This document shows, piece by piece, positions 24,872 through 38,200 of a stretch of DNA of 64,000 nt; position 1 is the stretch's first letter; each line of letters opens with the position of its first letter. Origin of the DNA: Macrostomum hystrix (Eukaryota > Animalia > Platyhelminthes); the NCBI GenBank assembly GCA_950097015.1, contig CATNEN010000039.1, forward strand, positions 13,082,001 to 13,146,000, written 5' to 3'. The notes under the pieces are model-generated. The model was not told the DNA's origin. It did no database searches and saw nothing but the letters and a program-made list of their open reading frames with translations. Position numbers and translations under genes: made by a program.

Positions 24872-25889
24872 CTCTAACAATGCTCGATGCTACAATTAAA
24901 ACTAAGTGTAATTTTCGTCCCAATCTACCCGTTTCCACTGTTTCAGTTTCAGCAATATATATATAAAAGCTTTCATTAAGAATGATCTGAAGAATTCTCA
25001 TTTGATATGGTCGGCGCCTTCTGATTGGTCAGCCGGCCAGGTCTGTCAGATCTTCAGCTTGGCATTTTTGGCAGCCCTGAACCTCCCCCCACCGCCCCTC
25101 CACTTTGCCGCTAACCAGACAGCCAACGTTGCGAATCACCTTTTTGTCTTAACTTTCATTTGTGTATTCCAGATTTGTAGACTTGGCATCTTTGCCAAGA
25201 CTTGGCATATTCTCGTATGTTTTAGACAAACTGCACACAATCAAGCATTTAGTGCGCATAGGTTGGCTGCAGTTCTTATTCTAAATCTTATGCGAATACC
25301 TCCGTAAATAATATTACTATTTTTTCCCCGGGATGAAAAGCATTCTTCGTACTGTTATCTGCCTGCCCATGCATTAAAAAACAGGAAAAAAAAACTAATA
25401 GCTTGCATGGTCGGCTGTGCTGGTCTTTCGGCCAGTCTTTCCTCTTGATTGATTGTCTTAGTTTTTTCAGGGTAAAATTGTGGAACTATTTTTTCGGGAT
25501 CAAGGTAACGGAGCTTAACAGAAGAATAGGATCTGGTGTGGGGCAGTGGGGTCAGTCAGTTCCTATAGGTGCAAGAAAATAGCACCGTCGAGGTTAGCAC
25601 AGATTCCACATTCAAGGTTCATTAGAGAGTGGAAGCGAAACACCAAGGAAAGTTAAGAAACTGGAAGCCAGATTTTTGGTTGCCAAGAAAAAACACAGAG
25701 CAGAAAGAAACTGTTCTAATTTCAAGTTAAGTGCTAAGATTTCTTGTCTATAGTTATTATTTTTACCTACATGCGAAATTGTGGAAGGAAGTGCAGTTGA
25801 TAGGGTATTAAAGTATTTTGTTAGCAGGTTGAACATTTTTTATTATAGTTGAGAGAGGTGAGAGAAAAAAGAAAAGAGACAAGGGGTGA

Positions 25890-26265
25890 TTTGTGAGAGG
25901 TGAGAGGTGAGAGATGAGATTAGAGGTGAGAGGTGAGAGGTGAGAGATGAGATTAGAGGTGAGAGGTGAGAGGTGAGAGATGAGATTAGAGGTGAGAGGT
26001 GAGAGGTGAGAGGTGAGAGGTGAGAGAGGTGAGACGTGAGAGGTGAGAGTTAAGAGGTGAGCGGTGAGAGGTGAGAGTTGAGAGATGAGCGGTAAGAGGT
26101 GAGAGTTGAGAGGTGAGCGGTGAGAGGTGAGCGGTGAGAGGTAAGCTGTGAGAGGTGAGAGGTTAGAGGTGAGAGATGTGAGGTGAGAGATGAGAAATGT
26201 GAGGTGAGAGATGAGAAATGTGAGGTGAGAGATGAGAGATGAGAGGTGAGAGTTGAGGTGAGGGT
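25890..26265. repeat. 7-bp-based repeat (gaggtga)n
   Basis: Intergenic, imperfect. Confidence 0.85.
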
Positions 26266-26847
26266 GGGGTGGGAAAAATGAAAAATTAGAGACTAAAGGT
26301 GATACACGTGAGAAAAAGTTGGACTTGAGAAAGGCTACGAGGCTCGTATAGACACCTTGGCGAATATTTGTTGACACCAAGTTTAAAGTGCGTGTGCTCT
26401 TAGGAAAGCTTTTAGGAGGCAAAGACAACTTAAGAAGTCACTTAACGTCCTTGAAAACTTTTATCCCCTGGCTTATCAGTTGATGAGTTCTGTTTATCTT
26501 TTTTTACCTTCTGACGATTCAAGAAAAAAAGTTGGATATTTCTTCATGCATCTTTTTGTTACACGAAGGGTGTCCCAAAAATTCGAGAAACACTTATGCT
26601 CACCTGTGCACGCTCTTTTTCATGCTGCTAGTTAGTGGTTTAAGATGGAAAATCATTCTACTTATAAGTTATAATGTAGATTTTCATCTTCGACTTGACT
26701 CAACACCCATGAAGATTGAGTAAGGCGTTGCAGAGCTAGAAAAATAATTCCGGGAACTTTTAGGACACCCCTTGTAATATCTTTCAGGTATTTTTGGATT
26801 GATAAGCAATAAAGATGAACTTTAATTCAAGTTAAATTATGAAAGTG

Positions 26848-26975
26848 AGTGGCAGAGCTGTCTAACAGACTTGACTGTGGCACCAAGGTGCCTGAGCTCG
26901 ATTCAGACAATGAGAAAGTCAGGGCAGGTGTACACACCTGTGTAAGCGTGTGTCTGCGTCATTTATCTGTGGAGT
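26848..26975 (+). mobile_element. SINE family A, internally deleted fragment
   Basis: GTGGCAGAGC A box followed by atgagaaagtcagggcaggtgtacacacctgtgt, shared with the other copies. Confidence 0.5.
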
Positions 26976-27516
26976 CAGCGTCAGGGATATGGACAGAATT
27001 CAAACAAAAAACTCAGAACAAATCAATAACAATTCTACAGCGTTCTGATAATCAGATGAAGGGTTGGAAGAATGATTATTAGAGCGTTAAAAACAAATTT
27101 AATAATCCTTTATTTCCGTCGAAAACATCAATGATAAGTTCAAGATTTCAATGGTGTGAGCACAAACAAATATTTGCTTGGAATGAGAATACTGTATGTA
27201 GGTAGCAAAGTTTGTTAAGCCTTTACAACAATTTTAGTGGGTGCTTTATCAAGTGCTTCATTGAGACATCTAAATTAAATTTCGAACCAACGTTTCGCAA
27301 CGGACATTGTGCCACGGTTCTCGACAACGAAAGTGTCAAAAAGTAACGTCAGTTTAAATTTCTAGTGGATAATAAGATATATAATTTTTTATTTAGTGCT
27401 AAATGAACACTTAGGTGCTGAAAATGTGCATTTAGTGACCTGTTTTGCTGGAAAAACTTTATCTCGTATCTGCTGATTTTAGCTTGTATTGAAAAGTGCT
27501 TCAAATTTACATATGT

Positions 27517-27690
27517 TTCACTCCATTCAGTCTGTGAGGTGTCACTCCATTCAGTCTGTGAGGTGTCACTCCATTCAGTCTGTGAGGTGTCACTCCATTC
27601 AGTCTGTGAGGTGTCACTCCATTCAGTCTGTGAGGTGTCACTCCATTCAGTCTGTGGGGTGTCACTCCACTCAGTCTGCGAGGCATCACT
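27517..27690. repeat. 24-bp minisatellite (gtcactccattcagtctgtgaggt)
   Basis: About 7 units downstream of the SH3-gene stop codon. Confidence 0.9.
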
Positions 27691-27767
27691 CGTTAATTGT
27701 CATTATCTAATGTCCTAAAAATCGATTTAAAGTACACACTGATGTGGCTTGATCTGCCTCAGCTCAA

Positions 27768-28808
27768 TCATTCTACAAGGCGTTCCAATGCTTGAATCGG
27801 GCACTCAGCCTCTCGACCGTCCTTCAGCTGCACCGGCACAAAGCCAACTTGTCGAGGCCGCCGTTGCGACGGCTGCACCAGAATTTGGCCCCTATAGAAG
27901 CGCACGCCGGTTGCTGAATGAGCCAAAGCCGTCGCTTGCGTTGGCAGCTGCTCCGCGGCTGTCGGCGGCAGGATGTGGCAGGTCTGGCTGTGGATCACTC
28001 GCCAGATGGCATCTCCTTCGCTGATGCGCTGCACATAGGAGCTGGGGAACAGGCCGATACGGCCCATGCATTTTCCACGCCACCAGTCCTGATCCGTCAT
28101 GTCGATGCAACTCAGCTTGAAGCCCGCGCTGGCGAGGTCGACAGGGGAATATTTAGTTACTCGTACGAGTATGTAATTCACATTTCATAAACTGAGATGA
28201 AGCGAAGTCAGGAAAAGCAAACTTTACGAAACGTAATATTTACAAAAGACGTACTGTAGGAACGGTAAGCTTGAAGAAGTTTGTGAACTTTGCGAACCAG
28301 AAACTTCCGAAACCACAAACATCACTATCGAACCTTAAACGTCACGAACCTCAAACGTCACGAACCTCAAACGTCACGAACCTCAAACGTCACGAACCTC
28401 AAACGTCATGAATCTCAAACGTCACGAACCTCAAATGTCACGAACCTCAAATGTCACGAGCCACAAACGTCACGAACCTCAAGTGTCACAAAAATCTTAA
28501 ACGTCACAAGGCTCAAACTTCATGACTTATACGTCACAAACCACAAACGTCACGAACCCAAAACGTCACGAACCTTAAATATCACGGACGCCAAACTGCA
28601 CGAATATGAAAATTTACGAGCTACATTTAAGTTCGAATTCGAACGACAAATTTATGAAGCGCAAACTTCAGTAACCCCTCAAGGAACTGGATAAAAGTGT
28701 AAAATTTATAATTAGCAATACTCACCGCAGATCCATTTCGTCCTTGTGCCTCGCCCGGAAGTCGTACAGTACCACAAATAGATTGCCAGAAATGCGACTG
28801 TCTCGCAG
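27768..28808 (-). CDS. C-terminal SH3 plus degenerate second SH3 (STAC-type)
   Basis: [18 protein letters not shown]|[47 protein letters not shown]...[11 protein letters not shown]...VGFV: a canonical SH3 signature followed by a STAC-style second SH3. Confidence 0.9.
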
Positions 28809-29220
28809 CTGAAAAGCCAAGTTCAGGAAAATTTTTAAACTAATGAATAAAAATGATAACCTGAGGTTCAATTATTAACAATATAGGCGAATAGCCAAAG
28901 CTTGCTCACCATTCTCCGAAAATGCCTGGGCGATCTTTGAGCAGCTGAAGCGGTTATGCCGCTGCTAGTTACTGACGACGGCTCAGTCATGGAAGCTGGA
29001 CCAACAGTGGCTGAATCAACTGAGGAGTTGGGATCTAAAATTTTGTGGGATTCTTGACTTCAAAGTACAACTCTCGACTCTGTATCGACAGGTTGATAAA
29101 ACTGTTTTCGAGTCATCAAATGTTCTCCAGACTCACCTGTCTGAAGCCTTCGATGATAATATCCAAAAGTGCCGCTAACATCTTCTCGACTTTGCTGAAG
29201 CGCTGGGGGCGCAGGGGACA

Positions 29221-29270
<50 letters not shown>

Positions 29271-32200
29271 GAAGGCAGAGCATTCTTAGCCTCTCCAGTG
29301 TCCAAGGAGAAACTTTTCATTGTCCACTGCTGTCGCTGACGCGCGATCTTCTGGTGTGGATCAACTTCAAAGTGAGAAATTTAATTGGCGACATCCAGTG
29401 ATACGGTTTAGATAGTATCCAATGCAAGAGATAATTTGGGTCCATTTTGAAGTTGGACTTACCCCGGTTGTGCTGCGGGCTGCGTTCCGGCGACTGCCCC
29501 ACCGCCGGCAGTCGCCTCGGCGACGAGTGCGGCGAATTCGGCGTCCGACTGCCGGCAGGGGCGCCCCGCCCGGACAAGCCGCCAGGACTATGCGGCGAGT
29601 GCCTCGGCGGAGAAGGCTGCCCGAAAGCGCCACCGCTGTCGCTGACACCGCCTCCGCCACGACTCCGCCTATGATGATGATGCTGCTGCTGCTGCTGCTG
29701 CTGGTGCCAATGAAGCTGCTCTTCGCTGAGCACTAACTGCAGTCCCGAATTCTCCTGCTCAACTGAGAAACTCTTGTGCCGACCGTAGAGCTGCTTCTTT
29801 CGACGCGGACTTGGAGGCACTGCATGGGGTTGTGGCTACATCAAATCGTGAGCAAGTGTTACTTGGACAACCTCCTACACGCACTCACCCAGTGTCTCAA
29901 TAAAGTTGGTGTTAGTGAATGACGAGCTCTTCTGCCTGACGGCCGTGTCCAGGTGAGTGTCCACTGCAATCTGCTGCTGGTTGGCACGCTCCGGATTGTC
30001 CACCGAGACACTCTTCATCCGGCTGTCCAGCCGGCGACGATCCATGGATTCCCCGCCTGGTTGAGTTGGCAGGTTAACTCTCATTGTCATTTGAAATCGT
30101 GGGGAAGTTTTACTCATTTAACATTTGTTTTGAATGTGTTTTGAATGTTTGTTTTAAAGAATCGTCATTTTTCAAATACCCAAATTTATCTTTTTTATGT
30201 ATCGCCTAAAATATTCAACCAATCGCTACGAATATCCAGAACATGGGCTAACATTTTCCGCTCTATCCGATGAAACAACTTCCAGAATCACAGAACATCG
30301 GCATCGTCGAGATATTCAACGATTCTCGTCGGCGTGTCTGCTAGCAAGAGCCACCAAAATAGGCATATTTTTCTGCGCACAAAATTCAATTATCAATGTC
30401 GCTATCATTGCTTACTATTTTGGTGCAATGACGATGCTGATTCATACGGCTTTGAAAGTTAGCTCATCGTAATTGACGGAAATTTTTTTTAATTTAGTGT
30501 ATTTTTGCTAAAACTGGTCATTCGGTTTTGGAGCTATCTTGAAGTGGGCAGTGGGTATTTGAAATACCCATGTGGTCTTCCCCCAGGGAGAAAAATAGCG
30601 TGTCTTTCTACTCTTAAAGGGTTGGCAAAAACACAAACAACAGAAAGTGCCTGATCGTGGTTACATAATAGACAAAACAATTAAGGGGTTCCAAAGCAGC
30701 GCAGTGCGACAAAACATACGTTCGAGATATTTGTACAGTACAGTACAGTACTAAAGTGAAATTAGTACAGTACACATGCTTTGCTATTGTCTTTTTATAC
30801 ACCTGTTATAATAAGATCAGCACCTGTTATTATAGGATCAGCGCCTTCTACTACAGGTAGACACCTGTTAGACTAGAATGAATGCCTGTTAGACTAGGAA
30901 CTATATTAGTTCCGGCACTTATTATAAAATCGGACACTATTGAAAGCGGAGACTGCGCGTGGTGCCGCTAGTAAGTAGGATACCTTTCAGCCTAGCCTGT
31001 TTGGTCAGTCTCGGAGTACAGGCCACAGCGTGCTGCTGCTGCTGCTGCTGCTGATGCTGATCAACGCCGGACAATCCGCCGCTGACAGGGCAGTATCCGG
31101 CGACAGTCAATGATCGATCAAAGCGACCTGATTATATATTTTTTTGTTCCAAACAGAGTAACAAACAGGTAAACAACTGGTCGAAATAGTTACTTAGTAA
31201 TAATAGTAATAAGTGCAGGAGGGCTGCGACCAATGGCACATCATTTGGTGACACTAGATGCGTAGCCAGCGAGGAGACAATACTGCCCATTTCGCTGTGA
31301 CTCCTGAGCACACACGCACACAGGTACTGTACGGAGGCACGCACTCACACAGGTGTGTACATCTGCCCTGACTTTCTCATCGTCAGGCAGTGTACACATT
31401 CACTGTGCCTTGGAGGTTGGCCCTCAAGGGCGTGAATTGCGCGACAAGCCCCCAAGCCTTCTAATAGTTAAATGTGGCCTCGCCGTGGAATCGAACTTAG
31501 GGACCGTGGTGCGAGAGGCAAACGTGTTAACCGCTCTGCCACCGACCCCCTCAAAATAGTTACTTACAATTTCGATTGCTTTGAGGTTACAGTTATTTTT
31601 AAGCCATTTAGGCACGTGACTTAACTTAAAGCTTATCCGTCTTTATTGGATGGATCTAGAGTGCATACCAGTATTTTAAATAATAATTATTATTAATAAT
31701 TGATTACACCTGCCCCAATTGGGCCAGATGTGCAGCCGACAGCACAGCCGCAGCTATTGCACGGTGCATCTGAATACTACGTACAGCTAGCTGTTCAGTC
31801 CATGGACTGGAGGGACGCCGCACCCACCCTCAATTACCCCAGCTAATGCTGGTACCCATTTTACAGCTGGGTGAACTGAAGCAATGCAGAGTTAAGTGTC
31901 TTGCTAAGGGACACAAATAGTTCCAGTAGAGTCGGGAATCGAACCCCCGACCTTCAAGTCGTGTGTCCGACGCCCTAGCCACTAGGCTACAGTATTTTTA
32001 GTTGTAATAACATAAAACATTCTATCGTTCATGACATGGTGTCTCGAAAAGACTTTGATTTAAAAAACTAACGTGCTCGATCTATAAAAAATGAGGAGTA
32101 GCAACTTTAATTCTAGTATGTGGCGGCCGCTCTCTCCAGCGCCCTGCGTGGTGCTAGGCCGGCCACCCCAACTTTGACAAGCACTTGCGCTGGGCCGGGG

Positions 32201-35200
32201 CAGTGTGCATAGGGCTTAAACTAATGTACACGCGCCGGCCTATAAATGACTATCTTTTGGAACGCGCTGCACTTAAACTGTTCTCCGCCAAAAAAAATTA
32301 TAAATTTCGTGGCTGCAAAAACTAACCATGCAGTGAGCGCTTTATCTCGAGCGAAAATTCGTCTGGCACCGTCAGCATGTTCGAACTCTGGCGTTGAACT
32401 CTTTGACGCTGCTGCTGATGTTGTGGTGACTGCTGCTGCTGCTGCTGCTGAGTGGTCTGGCAATGCGAATGTGAAGAATTGGAATCCATTGCCTCCTCTG
32501 TGCTCACAGATTTCATGCGGAAGGAATTTAGCATGGCTTTTCGACGGGCCAAGTTCTGCTGCTGCTGCTGATGCTGATGATGGTGCTGGTGCTGATGATG
32601 ATGGTGTTGCTGGTGCTGGTTATAACCTGCTCGTGGACTCGATGGCAAGCTGGACACACCGGCAGTCACTGATGGCGAATTCCCTGCAGTGAGCGCCAAA
32701 GGAAATACAGAAGTTATTAGATTTATTTGGTTCGTGATTCAGATCCAACTCGAAAGTACAATATGTGATCAGTGTTAGTGCCAATTCTGTGAATAACATG
32801 GCATAATAATATTAAATCATGTGTTAAATTACGTTTGCAGTTATCGATAATGATACACAAAATGAGAAAGTGAAAATACCAAATTTCTGGTAATTTAAAT
32901 GTGGAGCAGCAAAATAAAAAATGCTTCCGCATGCTATGAGTAACATTGACATTAAAAACGAAATTCGGATCCCTTAACTCTAGTGCAATATTTTATTTTT
33001 AAAATAATCTATTCAAGCTGCATTGCATTGACACTGCATGTGCTACTGTAAAGTAAGATAATTATCAATAAAAAACTACAGTTCCACAAATCACCAAGAA
33101 AGGATTCCTAATCAATAAGGAGGGGTTTGTGCGGGGTGCGCGAGAGATAAGGGGCAGGAAATAAGGGGTTTTGGATGGGTACGGGGGAGAGATAAAGGGC
33201 AGGAAATGAGGGGTTTTGGATGGGTATGGGAGAGATAAGGGGCAGCAAAGGAGGGGTTTTGGATGGGTACGGGAGAGATAAAGGGCAGGAAATGAGGGGT
33301 TTTGGATGGGTACGGGAGAGATAAGGGGCAGCAAAGGAGGGGTTTTGGATGGGAATAGGAGAGATAAGAGGCAGCAAAGGAGGGGTTTTGGATGGGTACG
33401 GGAGAGATAAAGGGCAGGAAATGAGGGGTTTTGGATGGGTATGGGAGAGATAAGGGGCAGCAAAGGAGGGGTTTTGGATGGGTACGGGAGAGATAAAGGG
33501 CAGGAAATGAGGGGTTTTGGATGGGTACGGGAGAGATAAGGGGCAGCAAAGGAGGGGTTTTGGATGGGAATGGGAGAGATAAGGGGCAGCAAAGGAGGGG
33601 TTTTGGATGGGTACGGGAGAGATAAGGGGCAGGAAAGGAGGGGTTTAGGCTGGGTACGCGAGCGATAAGGGGCAGAAAAGGAGGGCTTTTGGTGGGGTGC
33701 GCGAAAGAGAAGGGGGTAGGAATGGAAGTGTCACGTGACGAAGGCAAGTATAGGGAGCTAGCCTATCTTGTTAATTTAGTCAATCTGCCAAGTTAATTAT
33801 TCCGACATCGGTCCTGCATTTAGTTTCTTCCGTGCAAATCGAATGCACACACAGAGGTAAAAATAAAATTCGTGCTTAAGTAATGCAGCTTCGCCCATCC
33901 TAAAAACTAACAGACGAAAACGCTGCTAGACGACAGGTCCTCGTCAAAATCGTCTACCGGAGTCCTTGGCAGGAATCTTCTCCTGCTGATTCTACTGCTG
34001 CTGGTGACATCGTCACTAATGTCACCAGCGCCGGTGGCAGAGACGCTGCGTACCCGCCGCCTGGGCACAGCTAATGGCGATGAGCCGGGCTCCGCTCCGC
34101 GGACTGACTCGTTGTCATGGAAACTGGAGTCGTCCAGGTCAGCGTAGACAGCCTCCAGGACGACAGGAATGCCGTTCTCCTGAATGTCTGGCACAGCTGC
34201 CGAGGCAGCTCGCAACGGGCAGTCCCAGTGGTCGGGGGCTGGTTCTGTTCGTCCAAATTTTGCTTTTTTACTTGTTTACATACTTTTTACAGCTAGGACA
34301 CCTGCTTCGATTCTAGATCATTGCTCCTGCTTCGATTCTAGTTAAGGCTCCTGCTTCGATTCTAATTAAGAATCCTAGCTTCGATTCTAATTAAGAATCC
34401 TAGCTTCGATTCTAATTAAGAATCCTAGTTTCGATTCTAATTAAGAATCCTAGCTTCGATTCTAGTTAAGAATCCTAGCTTCGATTCTAGTTCAGAATTC
34501 TAGCTTCGATTCTAGTTAAGAATCCTAGCTTCGATTCTAATTAAGAATCCTAGCTTCGATTCTAATTAAGAATCCTAGCTTCGATTCTAGTTTAGAATTC
34601 TAGCTTCGATTCTAGTTAAGAATCCTAGCTTCGATTCTAGTTCAGAATTCTAGCTTCGATTCTAGTTAAGAATCCTAGCTTCGATTCTAGTTCAGAATTC
34701 TAGCTTCGATTCTAGTTAAGAATCCTAGCTTCGATTCTAATTAAGAATCCTAGTTTCGATTCTAATTAAGAATCCTAGCTTCGATTCTAGTTAAGAATCC
34801 TAGCTTCGATTCTAGTTCAGAATTCTAGCTTCGATTCTAGTTAAGAATCCTAGCTTCGATTCTAATTAAGAATCCTAGCTTCGATTCTAATTAAGAATCC
34901 TAGCTTCGATTCTAGTTTAGAATTCTAGCTTTGATTCTAGTTAAGAATCCTAGCTTCGATTCTAGTTCAGAATTCTAGCTTCGATTCTAGTTAAGAATCC
35001 TAGCTTCGATTCTAGTTCAGAATTCTAGCTTCGATTCTAGTTAAGAATCCTAGCTTCGATTCTAATTAAAAATCCTAGCTTCGATTTTAATTAAGAATCC
35101 TAGCTTCGATTCTAGTTAAGAATCCTAGCTTCGATTCTAGCCAGCGGGCTTCTAGACAGACAAAATTACAATTAATGAAAAGCTGAAATAGTTCTGAAAG

Positions 35201-38200
35201 TATAGTTATCTACCCGCATAAAAGACATAGAGATCAGCAAATAATGATGCAGTTTTTAAATAAACGAATTGTTAATTTAGTTTCGTGAGTACATTCGTAA
35301 GATTGGCATTCTAGATGCATGCTGCTACTATAAGTAAGCTAGTACAGATGAAATCGATGAGGTAGAAATAATTTTGCCGCTGTTTCTAAAAAATAGATGT
35401 GTTCATTGATATTACAGCCAATATCTTACGAGTACATGAATCTATAGTGTAAAAATATTTCTTTTGATTATAAAATTTAACGATTAGTGGGATAGAATAT
35501 TTAATATCGAAACGTGCGCAATTAATTAACGAAACGAATAGCAATATCGCATAAGCAATCAACATAGTTTCATGGTTAATTTTAGCGGTAAAAAATCTAT
35601 GCGTAAACTAAATAACAGAATTACATTCGGAGGAAATTAATAACTATTTTTAAATGATAATCAGACAATTTAACAATCTTGGGGAATAATTAACTGGTTG
35701 AATGGATAACAATATACTGCGAGACGATAGACAACAGTTTTGTTAACTCAAAGCAGAACTCAAGATGGAACACGAAGTATCCCCGATTGACAATTTTTCT
35801 GCTTTGTTTAGGCCAGAAAATTTGGTCACTTCCTTCGACCTTTAACAACAGTGCCAGCGACCTCCTCAGCAACAGAACCTGGCGCTGACATTTGATGGGT
35901 CAGCTGCGCCTGATGGGCCGGTCGGCGCTGCGACTGCTGGCGAAGCGAGTCGTTGACAACTCGAATGCTGGGCACTGGCGACGTCATCGATGTCGAGCGC
36001 TGCTGGCTACTGCCAACAACACCCCCGGTGCTGCTGCTGCGACTGGCTCGGCCTGCAGCTCCTTGATGCTGATGACAATGACAGGAGCAGTTGCCAGCGC
36101 TGCACGATGCTGCCAGAATTGGCAAAATGAACTGGATGATCCGAGGTGCTAGGGCAATGAGCTGGATGATCCGAGGTGCTAGGGCAATGAGCTGGATGAT
36201 CCGGGATGCTAGGGCAATGAGCTGGATGATCCGGGATGCTAGGGCAATGAGCTGGATGATCCGGGATGCTAGGGCAATGAGCTGGATGATCCGGGATGCT
36301 AGGGCAATGAGCTGGATGATCCGGGATGCTAGGGCAATGAGCTGGATGATCCGGGATGCTAGGGCAATGAACTGGATGATCCGGGATGCTAGGGCAATGA
36401 GCTGGATGATCCGGGATGCTAGGGCAATGAGCTGGATGATCCGGGATGCTAGGGAAATAAGCTGGATGATCCGGGATGCTAGGGAAATAAACTGGATGAT
36501 CCGGGATGCTAGGGAAATAAACTGGATGATCCGGGATGCTAGGGCAATGAACTGGATGATCCGGGATGCTAGGGCAATGAACTGGATGATCCGGGATGCT
36601 AGGGCAATGAGCTGGATGATCCGGGATGCTAGGGAAATAAACTGGATGATCCGGGATGCTAGGGCAATGAGCTGGATGATCCGGGATGCTAGGGCAATGA
36701 GCTGGATGATCCGGGATGCTAGGGAAATAAACTGGATGATCCGGGATGCTAGGGCAATGAACTGGATGATCCGGGATGCTAGGGCAATGAGCTGGATGAT
36801 CCGGGATGCTAGGGCAATGAGCTGGATGATCCGAGGTGCTAGGGCAATGAGCTGGATGATCCGGGATGCTAGGGCAATGAGCTGGATGATCCGGGATGCT
36901 AGGGAAATAAACTGGATGATCCGGGATGCTAGGGCAATGAACTGGATGATCCGGGATGCTAGGGCAATGAGCTGGATGATCCGGGATGACCTGGGTGATT
37001 CAGGATGACGGGGTAATGACCTGGGTGATTCAGGATGATGGGGTAATGAGCTGGGTGATTCAGGATGATGGGGTAATGACCTAGGTGATTCAGGATGATG
37101 GGGTAATGACCTGGGTGATTCAGGATTATAAACAATGAGCTAGGTATTTTAGAATGCTTAGGTAATGAACTAAGAGATTGAGAAAGTTTTGGCGCGAAAT
37201 TAAACTATTCGGCACTTTGCAAAATTGTGCTGTTAGAAAGGCAAATTAATAAATATTTCTTGCTTCAGTTAATAATTATTTATTTTAACCAAATAGCAAG
37301 CGTGCAAAAATTTTCTGTGTCATAGTCAAGCGAAGGGCGCAGTTAGGTCATGCCTTGCATTTTAATCTACTCGCATTGTCTGACAGAGAAAATATATGAC
37401 GTATTTTATACAGTATTAACAAATTCACAAAAATGGTGTTGACAAAATAAAAAAAATGCATTTCTGTTAATTTGAAAAGTACATTATAACAAACAAAACC
37501 GACGGGCCTGCAGTAAAACAAGCTTTAGTGCAAATTATTCATCAGATATTGGCTGATATGCAACTTATGCTACCGGGTTTCCGGGTTTGTTTGTTTTAAT
37601 TATGTTAGTTTCGTTGAAAGATGCTTGAAACGAGACGATAAATGTATCAGTATGTTTGCATGCCTGCACGATGCAATGTAACTTTAGTTATTTAATAAAC
37701 GGGTAGTTTAGACTTAGATTAGCAAATCATTTGACAGGCACAACACGCGAGCGCCAGATAAGGTAACCATGCTTTTGCTATCCGGACTTGCGCAGAAATT
37801 TAGTTAGTTTTTTTTTGTTTAACTCTACGCAACCAAATTATTTCATCTTTAAGTAATTTTAAGTTAACTTAACGCGCGATATCGTTTAAACAAAAATCAC
37901 TTTTGTTTGAACTCACCGGCAGCTGACGCGCCCGACGATACTGCCGCCTGCTGCTGCTGAGAGCAGGCGGGGCACCTCTGCGTGCCCTTGTCGGCGGCGT
38001 GCTTCAGCAGGTAGTACACAGGGTCAATGTCGTCTAGATTGAGTCGGAGTTTTCAAAATTAGCATTTCTTTAATAAAAGATTGTCCCAAAATAACTTTAG
38101 TTGCCTCTCCGTTAAAGCTGCATCTTTGGATTTACTCTCTCCTCCTTCATCTCCTTATTCTATTTTCTTGTCCTTCCGGTCTCGCGTTCCTATCGTCTTC

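Noticed and set aside
31470-31990. tRNA genes (A/B boxes at ~31480-31543, ~31930-31990, ~10100-10150, ~58455-58510)
   Set aside because: They are heads of dispersed SINEs with shared downstream bodies; no intact cloverleaf or poly-T terminator seen.
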